The notes under the pieces were generated by a model. It did no database searches. It was not told the DNA's origin and saw only the letters and a program-made list of their open reading frames with translations. Positions 1-9,432 of a stretch of DNA of 38,205 nucleotides are shown here, one piece after another. Each line of letters starts with the position of its first letter. The stretch's first letter is position 1. This stretch comes from Coniocarpon cinnabarinum (Eukaryota), in NCBI GenBank assembly GCA_051942205.1, contig JAVECO010000206.1, positions 1 to 38,205 of the forward strand, written 5' to 3'. The position numbers and the translations under genes are program-made.

Positions 1-317
1 TTATAAGGCTTATAAGTAGCCTTATAAGTAATATATTAATAGAACTAATTTTTTAATTTATAATTTATATATAAAGGTATATTATTAATAATTAGCTTAT
101 ATATTTATTAAGATTATTTAAAGGTATATTTAAGAATAATAGGTAGAAAAGGTTTATAAGATTTTTTAATAACTTTTAAGATATAACTACTTTATATAAT
201 ATTATTAGTAGTATTCTTATAAAAAGGTATAATAGCTTACTAATATAAATATAGTAGTAATAACTATTTATATACTATACCTTAGTTATTTAAGATAAAT
301 AACCTATAAAAAGGCTA

Positions 318-841
318 ATATTATACTATACCCTATTAGTAGTATAAAGATTATATATAACTATATTAAAGAGTACTAATATACTAGACTCTAATATATT
401 AGGATATATCTACTTATAAGAGTATATATATATAAGTTATATAAACCTCTATTAACTCTATTACCTCTAAATAATAGAGATAATAAAGTAAATAAAGCTA
501 TAATATATTTACTTATATCTTAGTCTATATAGTTAAATAGTAAATCTATCTTTTTTAAGCTTAATATTATTCTAATTTAGATTTAATCTAATTTATAGTT
601 AAGACTTATAACTTAATTACTTAATAATTATAATATACTAGTACTTTTTTAAGTAAATATACTATCTATTAGATATTTTTTATTTAAAGCTATATAATAT
701 ATATATTAGTTATTTTTCTATTTATTATACTTATTAGTACTATTTTTTATAACTTACTTTATTAGCTTAAAGCCTTTACTATAAAGTAGACTCTACTTTA
801 CTAGGCTAACCCTAGGTAGAGGTTCCTATATAGGCGTTATA
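318..841 (-). mobile_element. LTR-like element, copy 1 (inverted, heavily RIP-mutated)
   Basis: The reverse complement of 781-841 (TATAACGCCTATATAGGAACCTCTACCTAGGGTTAGCCTAG...) matches 1345 onward. Alignment continues to ~318 versus ~1867 with mostly transition differences. Strand is given relative to copy 2. Confidence 0.85.
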
Positions 842-984
842 GAACCCTACCTGTAGAGTAACTAAGAAAAACTAGGGCTGTTCTAGGAATAAGAACCTTT
901 ACTATAGAAAAGTATAATAAAGAACAATATAAAAGAATTAAGATAAGTAAAGAGCTAATAGAGAAAGTAACTAGTATACTATTA

Positions 985-1180
985 TAGTAAAGATTACTTT
1001 ATCTAATAGTAGTAGTACTATCTAAGAAAGTAAGGTATACTATATACTAGTAAATAATTAGTTTAATAGTTTATAACTTATATATTAGGTTAATTTTAAA
1101 TTTAAATAATATTAAATCTAAAGAAGGTAGGTTCTTTATTAAACTATATAGACTAAGGTATATATATAATATACTATAGA
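985..1180 (+). repeat. Diverged fragment related to the middle of the LTR-like element
   Basis: TTTAAATTTAAATAATATTAAATCTAAAGAAGGTAG...AACTATATAGACTAAGGTATA (~1095-1160) resembles TTTAAATTAAAATAATATTAAGCCTAAAAAAGGTAA...AACTATATAAACTAAGGTATA (~1605-1672). ATCTAATAG and TAAGAAAGTA blocks are also shared. Confidence 0.6.
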
Positions 1181-1344
1181 ATTAGCTTTTACTATAACTT
1201 TTCTTTTACTATAGTTATAGCTATACTACTACTATAAGTATATAGCTATACTTATAAGTATATCTAAATATTAGGTATATACTTAGTAAAGTATATCTAG
1301 TAAAATATTATAGGCTAGCTCTACTTTAACCTACTCTATACTAG

Positions 1345-1889
1345 TATAACGCCTATATAGAAACCTCTATCTAGGGTTAGCCTAGTAGAGTAGAGTCTAC
1401 TTTATAGTAAAGGCTTTAGGCTAATAAAGTAAGTTATAAAAAATAGTACTAATAAATATAGTAGATAAAAAAATAACTAATATATATATTATATAGTTTT
1501 AAGTAAAGAATATCTAATAGATAGTATATCTACTTAAGAAAGTACTAGTATATTATAACTATTAAATATTTAAGTTATAAGTTTTAACTATAAGTTAAAT
1601 TAAATTTAAATTAAAATAATATTAAGCCTAAAAAAGGTAAACTTATTATTTAACTATATAAACTAAGGTATAAGTAAATATACTATAGCTCTATCTATTC
1701 TATTACTTCTATTACTTAGAGGTAATAGGGTTAATAGAGGTTTATGTAACCTATATATACGTACCTCTATAGGTAGATACGTTCTAATATGTTAGGGTCT
1801 AGTACGTTAGTACTCTTTAACGCGGTTGCATGTAATTCTTATACTACTAATAGGGTATAGCGTAATAGGTCCTCTATAGGGGCGTTATA
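1345..1889 (+). mobile_element. LTR-like element, copy 2 (probable solo LTR, ~545 bp)
   Basis: Bounded by the 9-bp inverted termini TATAACGCC...GGCGTTATA, which de-RIP to canonical TG...CA LTR ends. Repeated in inverted form at 318-841. True transcriptional orientation is unknown and no clean target-site duplication is visible. Confidence 0.75.
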
Positions 1890-2904
1890 GTTATATATAT
1901 ATACTAAGCCTATTTTACTACCTTACGTCTTAGTAGTAGGATATATACTAAAACCTACTACTAAGCTCTTTCTATATATAAGAGTACGCTAGACCTCTTA
2001 CTTCTTTAAAAAGCTTATAAGCGTATATAAAATAATATTTTAAGTATCTCTAAGCTTATAAGAACTCTTACTTTTTAGTAATTATTATACTTAGTAATCT
2101 AATATCGAATAGACATCGAATTAGTATTAGTTTACTTTCTATCCTATATCTAATTCTTATAATTTAGCCCTATACTAGTACTTATTTCTCTTTAATAATA
2201 GTACGTTTACATAGTATTTTTAAAAGAAAGTTTATATTAAATAGAAGACTTTTCTTTATAATTAAGTCGATTCCTATAGATAGGAATAAACTACTGTAAT
2301 TATTAATAGCACAAATTGCCTTAATGTAAGTCTAGGAGCTATTTCACAGGTGGCTTAGTGTGCCAGCAACTCAAACAGGATTTTTGGCCCCTTCTTCGGC
2401 CGGTGTATTGAAGCCAGTTTGAAAAGATACGTCTCTAAAACATTACACGATGAGATCTGGAAGGGGCGAAAGCGGCAGGGCAGCAGGCGGGCCCTGTTCT
2501 TCTATCCATCTTGGCCCGACATTTTTTACAAACTTGCATGCTGTCTCCGATCATTCGTCTCGCGCAGGGTTCCCAATTCTGCTTTTGTATACAATGGACA
2601 AACGTCCTCATCTTCTTGACCTGGCAGCGTGAATCGTTGTACGGTAGGGCTCACTAATGCAATAGCTACCATCTGACGAGCGTAGGCCAGTTATGCGACT
2701 GGGGCCATTCCACCGTTTCATTGTACTACTAGGCGATTTCGCGACCAAGCAGAATGAGACATTTGCACAAAGCCACCTGTCCTGACACAGCTCGTAGAAC
2801 GCACTGTCGCCTTGCTGTTAAATCGTAACTCCCCTGCCCCTGCAAAGTCATACTCCTCTGAAGTAATCATATTCAGAAGTTATTTCACAGGCAACCAGGA
2901 AAAC

Positions 2905-4107
2905 ATGTCATCTCCAAGTAGCAGTAAATCGAAGCCAGACGATGTTGCCAGGAGTGTCAGTCAAGCGGAAGAGAAAAAGATCATTCGTCCTCTGCCTGAG
3001 AAATCGCCCGCGCAGGCTCCGAGATTCTTGCAGCTGTCTGTCGAAGGTAGTGAAACTGATTTCTTGTCATGTTAGCAATCATGGAGATCTAACGTCAAGT
3101 AGACATATGTAAGCAATATTGGGAAGTCAAAGCTGCTTCCGATAAAAGTACAACAGACGCAAAATTGCTTGAACCCTTTGGGAAAATCCAACACCTAGTG
3201 CGAGAACGAGTTCGATTTCAGCAAATGGGTCTGGCTGCGTTTCATCACAACTATATTAAACTGGAACATCGCCACAGCGAATGCGATTACATTAATGCGT
3301 CTATAGTGAGACGTTCGAAAGCCGACAGATTGTATGACATCGCCACCCAGGTAAGTAAATCAGAGCAGAGGTAAACTTAGGTTCAGAGCTGCAGTCTAAC
3401 ATATTAAACTGCAGTTCCCCTTGCCCAAAACTACGTGCGACTTCTGGCAGATGGTTTGGGAGAAGGTTGAGGACAATGGTAAAATTATTAACCTTGAAGC
3501 AAATGAGGAAGCCGACAAGAAAGTGCATGGCAACACGTATTTCCCGCTCGCCCGTAGAACGCTTACACTACCGTTTGGGGACGATTCAAAATCTACTTTC
3601 AGAGCTGAACTGATCAGAGAAGAATCTAAGGAAGATCCGGATATAGGTTCGACGAAACACAAACTGTGCCTCAAGCATGACCAGAAGGAAAAAGTCATCT
3701 GGCTGTATCAATTTGAAAGGTGGCCTGACCAAGACCTACCGTCTCGAGAGGACCGCCCTCGCCTTGTCGCGCTGTGTAGAGAGACCAGTGATACAACAGG
3801 ACCACGCGTTGTACATTGCCTCATGGGCTCAGGGCGCTCAGGGACCTTTCTCGCGCTGGATCAGCTATTACGCCAGCTGGATGAAGGGGTTATGGATAGG
3901 GGTTGCGGCCGTGACGAACAGAAGAATAAGAACATCATGGCCAGGATGTTGGAACCTACGCCATTTAACAACCCACACTGGATTAAGGACATAGTGAGCG
4001 AGATGCGTGCGGAACGCCCAGGAATGGTTAATGTTTGCGCACAATATTGTATGTTGTTTGACCTGATAGGACATGAGTGGGCGGTCCGTCACGACAAAGA
4101 ACCTTGA
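2905..4107 (+). CDS. Divergent classical protein tyrosine phosphatase (~360 aa; exons 2905-3046, 3103-3350, 3415-4107)
   Basis: Spliced product has DYINAS, IATQ|FPLPKTTCDFWQMVWE, WPD loop (WPDQ), P-loop VVHCLMGSGRSGTF (CX5R) and MRAERPGMV..AQY. Both introns are GT-AG with CTAAC branch points and keep the frame. Confidence 0.88.
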
Positions 4108-4330
4108 ATATTTTACGAAGGTAAGAAAAGAAACTGGCGTTTTTTGGGTACCTGTTTTGGCGTGCTTCGGTAGGTGTTCCGTGAGTGCCAAGTATTTTTG
4201 ATGACATCTTTAACACCCTGGCAACTGACGCGTCCTCAGCACGTGCTGGGCGTATCCCTATCGTACATCAAGTCCACGCGCACCGCGTCTCCTCTGTGAG
4301 CCACATCGATCATTCGATGTCCTTATACGG

Positions 4331-5282
4331 ATGATGAGTACTGCAGCCGATAAGCGGTATGATGCCCCTAGTTGTCCATGTGCTGATCTCGTTGAATACC
4401 ACTAACATGAAATCTGCACAGAAGCGCGCGTGGTCCCCAGCACCAGCGTCAAGCATCGTCAAGAGGCTCAGGGCCGCAAGGTCAACAACCTAAAGCCCAA
4501 TTGCCACAACCGCAAAAGCCTCCGCCTCAGTAAACTCGCTAGCTGCCACCTAGCAGCGCTTGGCGCAGGAGTGTGGCCGGCATTGGACGTGGCAAACTAT
4601 CGTCCGTGCCTCCTGCATCACAGCCAAATGCAAAGTCCACCTCCGCTCCGGAACCCAAAGCTATGACGCCAGTCGTTTCGGCGCCACTCGAGGTCAAAAG
4701 TCCCATAGATCAGCACGTGCCAGTGAAGGCTTTCAACTCCCAGGAGACATCAAACTTCTTGTAGAAGCGTGAGTGCTAAAGCCGTCTTTTGCAATGCTTT
4801 CTCAATTCTCACTTATGTGCTATGCGTGTTCAAGCTCTGGTGATCTTCGATCATTTAGCTTACCAACAGACGCAGACTATACGGACTCTGTTAATAGCGG
4901 TGGGCAACAACCCTAATGACAACCGTCTTTCCTGCCACTGTGCAATCCCGATAACATGCTCGACACGACGAGAACGGCTGGACGTTGATTTCTCGACCAT
5001 GAAAAACCAGACCACAACCTACAACTGACAAATCTTAGCGGAGATTTAACGCGAGAACATGTACAAGACGACTGGAGCTGCTGCTCCCAAACGAGTGAGC
5101 ATGGGCGCTTGGGCACACAAGCGTAAGTTGACTTGAGCCATAAAACCTATCGTGACAGTTTGAGTTCATTGATGGGCGCCATTGACACCACAACAGCCAA
5201 CACAATGTCAAACGGAAAGGACTTTTGGACCACTCTGGCACAGCAAGTCGCTGTAGCCGAAGGTCAGCACCGTGGAGGCTGA
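4331..5282 (+). pseudogene. Five-exon fungal hypothetical-protein gene (~188 codons) with four in-frame TAA/TAG stops
   Basis: Exons 4331-4356, 4422-4768, 4876-4899, 5039-5122 and 5197-5282 splice in frame at GT-AG sites. Product: MMSTAADKRSARGPQ...PPPQ*TR*LPP...QHVPVKAFNSQETSNFL*KHYTDSVNSAEI*RENMYK...GAWAHKPNTMSNGKDFWTTLAQQV...GG*. Stops at 4531, 4540, 4762 and 5047. Confidence 0.75.
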
Positions 5283-6121
5283 ACAGTCGACTTTGCTCGT
5301 CAGATGAGGATTATTAAAGTGTTGTTGCAGGCTCGACATGATCTGCAAACATCGTGTATGTACAGTTCAAACGGGCCGAGTGTCTCAGTACTTACTGCGG
5401 CACGGTCACTTTGTGGCAGAAGCAGAGAGGGTCTCTGATCATCTGCCGAGATGCGCTGTCTCTAGAGGTTGCAGAGGGCCGGGATCATCGAAGCAAACAG
5501 AACGGTGTGGCCCGACTCTCACCCAAAATTAAGAGCTTCGCAAGGACCAATACTAAAGCGCAAACTGAAGGTCGTCGAAAGCCAGAATAGCTTGTCGGAT
5601 GTAGCAAGGTGTGTCGGGAAGTACGAGTGGCACGGTGGCAGGTCGTGCGCATCGGCAGCGCTTGGGCGCTATCAAAGGATGGAACTGGATAAAAAAGTGG
5701 CAGTCGTTATTTCGAGCGCTTTGTCGCAACAGGCAGGAGATGACGCTAAGCAGGCCCAGATACCGATATGTATCGTAGTTTTAGAGCTGAATCTCAAAAC
5801 CTCAATTACATACACAATTGACCATGCGGCGTTGATATTTTGATGCTTGCGTTATGACATATAAGTTCATTGCATCCCTGGGTTGAGCAGATTGCTACAT
5901 GTACTCATAGATTCCCTTCATGTCACGTCCCCTCCAACAGATGACCGAAAGACCCGAGCACACCCCTAATTCACAGTCTTCCCCAACACCGCTAAAATGC
6001 AACAACATCACAGATCCATGCCTTCTCAGACCAAAACCAATCCCATACAGTGGGACGTCAACTAGTTCCACCTCGCCTTCGCCATGCAAAGCAAGCCCCA
6101 ATACAGGCCAATAATTGCGAG

Positions 6122-7890
6122 TCATAAAATTGTGCAGGCACTGCCGTGGTACCTGTCGTCGCAAGGGCACGTCAGCGCGCTATTCGTTACCGTCTTCGGT
6201 TTCCTCCTCCTCCTCTTGCATGGCCAGATCGTCAAGCACAATCCTGCGACAGGGTGGGTGAGCACGCAAGTTGGCAAGGGCGCGACCACTTTCGAGTCAT
6301 AATCCAAAGAAGGAGAAGGGACAGGACCTACCATCGTTGCGACTCTATCCGCCGAACCCAGCCGGCCGCAATCTTCAGGCGCTCGCGTACGCTCGTCGTG
6401 GGAAGCACGCGGTACTTCTCTTCGTCTGCTAGCGGCAGCACGGCCGCCAACCAGTACGGCAGAGCCGCTGGATCCGTTGGAGGCTCTCCGTACGTTTCGA
6501 CCAGGCGACTCGAAAACCATCGCGCTGATTGCTGTCGTGCTCGTGCAACAAAGCCAATCACCATGTCTCGCAAATCGTTCGTGGAGTGACGAGAAAGTTG
6601 GCTGATAGGGTCTTCATCTACGCCCGGAGATGCGATCGTTTCTTCGGCCTCCAGCTGCTCCTCGTCACTCAGTGAAATGTCATCGATCTTTCCCACGTTG
6701 CCGATTATGTAGCCATCGAGCATCCCATGCGCGCGAACTCGGAATCTGTGCAATCCCTTGCATTCGACAATTGAACGTCCATCGGGAAGCATTTGATACC
6801 GTTCTATTTGCAACATTGTTCCCACTTCCATGAAATGAACACGGCCGAGGCCGCCTTGTGGTTCGCCAGCCCGATTGTACGTCATCATTCCAAATTGTCC
6901 GTTTGTCTCGATCGCTCTGCGAAGCATGAGACGATAGCGAGGCTCGAAAATATGCAACCAGGTTGGCAACCCCGGGAAAGCCAATGTGCAAGGGAAAAGA
7001 GGAGTGTCGAGACCTTCGAAAGTACTCCTCTCCTCAAGCTGTGCCTGCTGGCGGCGCCCAGCTACAGCGTCCGGACACAAGGACTCCGAGAGATCGACAA
7101 GATACTTGTTGCGCGCTTGACGCGCCAGTGAAACAGGAAGAAACAGCTCGTGCCTGCAAATTGGACACAGATGTGAGTGGTCCAGTATCCTCGCTAAGCA
7201 TTTGCGACAATAAGTGTGTCCACATGGTGTTGTCGTTGGATCCAACATATGGGAGTAGCAGACTTGACACTCCATCTCTTTATGTAATGTATCCTTGATC
7301 ATGTCCAGGAACCTTTCGTCACTCTGTCTTAGGGGGTCTGAGTCCGAGGTTCCTTCATACGCCACATCGGAAGTGTAGTTGAGCAGTCCTTTCTGCGCAA
7401 AAATGAAGGTCGCATTCAGTCTACCGCCTGGTGCCGAGCATACGTGGCCTTTCTCCAGCATGTCTGAGCCATCGGTGACGGGAGAGGACGAAGCTGGCAA
7501 CTGAAGAACTTCGTCCATGGCAATATTTCCCAGTGAATGTACCATTTCTGCTTGCTTGACGTATTGATGAATGGTGTCCATCACTTTGAGGAGAACGACA
7601 CTGACATTACAATCGGCAGAAGGGTGGAGTTGTGAACATTCTCCAATGGGACATCGGACTCCATATTGACGGGCGGGCAAGGCCGGGTATGTGACGTTCG
7701 GACGAATTTGAGACGGCGGAAGACATTGCTTACAAACAGTATTTCCACAGGGAAGCGTGACTGGGTTTCGGAGGGGATAGGAGCAGGAAGAGCACTGGAT
7801 GAGGCGGATAAGAGCGCGAGCGTCTTGGTAGGCGTCTAGCTGTGGTGGTGCCTGCTGTGAAGACGTCGATGTCGCGCCATGGAGGCTCAT
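6122..7890 (-). CDS. crgA: RING-finger / LON substrate-binding domain protein (CrgA/LONRF family), C-terminal CaaX
   Basis: N-terminal RING (CSSC..LPCGNTVCKQC), second RING (CQVC..TPCGHTYCRKC..CPIC) and LON-N domain (LHIFEPRYRLMLRR). Likely ATG at 7890. Intron 6331-6153 (GTAGGT...GCTGAC...CAG) adds a last exon giving ...QRWYHGSACTIL*. Confidence 0.85.
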
Positions 7891-9432
7891 GAGCGGCTTG
7901 ATTTCGAGGCAGCAGCAGTGATCGGTGTGAGCTGTGATCAGTTGAGGTATATACAAACCTCAAATTGCAAAACCATGGGCCTGCAGATAGCGACTGCTAC
8001 CAAGCATTGCAGCCGTACCCTCTGATCGGCGACGAGAAGTTGAACTCTTCCGCTTCAGTAATTCAAAGATGGGGATGACACAGCTCTGGAATTTGTGTGA
8101 AGGATGTATTGACACTTGGGAATTTGTAGACGTGAGCAAGTTGAGCGCGCTTGCAAGAGTATGTATGAGATCACCATTCAAAAGGTAGTGATTGAGTCAT
8201 GCAGCTCAATGAAGATGGGTGTGGCAGACGCGAAGGCCGATGATAAGCGCGGATGGAGAACGTCTAGACTTGTCGTCACGAGAACGGAAGGAAAAGAATT
8301 GTCTGATCGGCGTCAGCATGTCGCTGGGTGAGCAAGACGGTGATGATGTTTTCATGTCATTCGATCCGAAGACCAGACGATCGGAGTCTGCTCCGCGGCA
8401 TGTCTATCTCATTGGATGTTATGACGTATGTATTCAGTCACGTGGTTTGAACCCCATCAATTATACGAGGTCGCTGATGGAAAGTTGTTGGCAAGGTCGT
8501 GAGCATGTGCCAGACAAGAAGCCGCACCGATCGCATTATGCACGCCAGCAATTCAGGTTTGTATTTCTCTACCTGATTGATGAGCCGCATGCATGCGCCC
8601 CTCTGTAATAGTCGTGGCTGGCGAGCTGTCTTAGCACGAAGTCGTGCTATTTCGATACCTCTTCAGGGTCACGGACAAAAGGCGTTGCTAGCTCTTACCC
8701 TAGACAAGAAGCCCGTACGATGACATTAGTTTGAGTTATAAAGCTATGAGAGTAGTAGCGAAAGCCCTTTTTCAGAATAGAGGAAGTTTCCTTTCTGCGC
8801 GGCCCTTGCCTTATACAAATAAATATGGGGGAAAACCCACAAATCTTGACGAGAATTTTAATGCTTGGCTCGCGAAAGGCAAGGAGATTAGAGCCAAAGT
8901 CGCAATGTGCAGAACAGCTTGTAGTGGGAGCCGGCGCCTTTGTGAAAGAGGACGAAGACTCTGCTTCCCATGACCTTAACGTGCTCCTGAACGAAATTTT
9001 TACAACTTCACAGCGATGCTCCGCTGCACCCAAGTCTTGACCGCTGAGTTTCTAGCATTCAAGAACCATTTTTCTTGTGCTGAAAACATGATCGTAGCAT
9101 GAAGATGCTGACCATCCTTCATCTGGTCGCGTCATTCATATTTAGCATTGGTTATGGTCACTTTACTTCACTTCGCACTTGATATTATCGCTCTCCTGTA
9201 TCTACCTTCTCTTTCAGAAGCGAGCCCCTTTGCTCGTTTGTCTAAAGTGTAATCTGGCATTGCTATCTCTGGTAGATGCTAAGAACATGCGTGCTGGCGG
9301 ATCCTCCGACCCAGCAGGGGTATCCCAATGAGAACACATTGTCCCACCCAGAATGCCGCTCAAACGCCCATGCTGTATGCATCCATGCCTCGTACATATC
9401 GTGACCTCCACCCACCACCACACCCACACAGT

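Larger units (their letters stand above)
1..2330. mobile_element. AT-rich block of RIP-degraded transposable element relics
   Basis: Very low GC, strong excess of TpA and near absence of CpA/TpG, no ORFs in the ORF track, and a transition to normal composition near 2330. This is the signature of repeat-induced point mutation. Confidence 0.92.

Noticed and set aside
1340..1894. Target-site duplication around LTR-like copy 2
   Set aside because: Flanks ACTAG and GTTAT differ by a transversion that RIP cannot explain, so no TSD is claimed.
2340..2720. Minus-strand frame (MAPVA*LAYARQMVAIALV...EDEDVCPLY...) interrupted only by TAA/TAG, a possible second RIP-eroded gene
   Set aside because: Stop density is not clearly below chance and there is no recognisable motif or splice structure.
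4331..5282. Alternative genetic code (TAA/TAG = Gln) as explanation for the in-frame stops
   Set aside because: Uricase, NoxR, CCS1, MRPL23, Rictor and the MFS gene end at TAA/TAG at expected positions, and the long conserved ORFs contain no internal TAR codons.
8731..9040. Short ORFs between the RING-LON gene and Rictor (e.g. KYGGKPTNLDENFNAWL, faintly Gag-like)
   Set aside because: Too short, no continuation of the capsid motif pattern and no coherent gene model.
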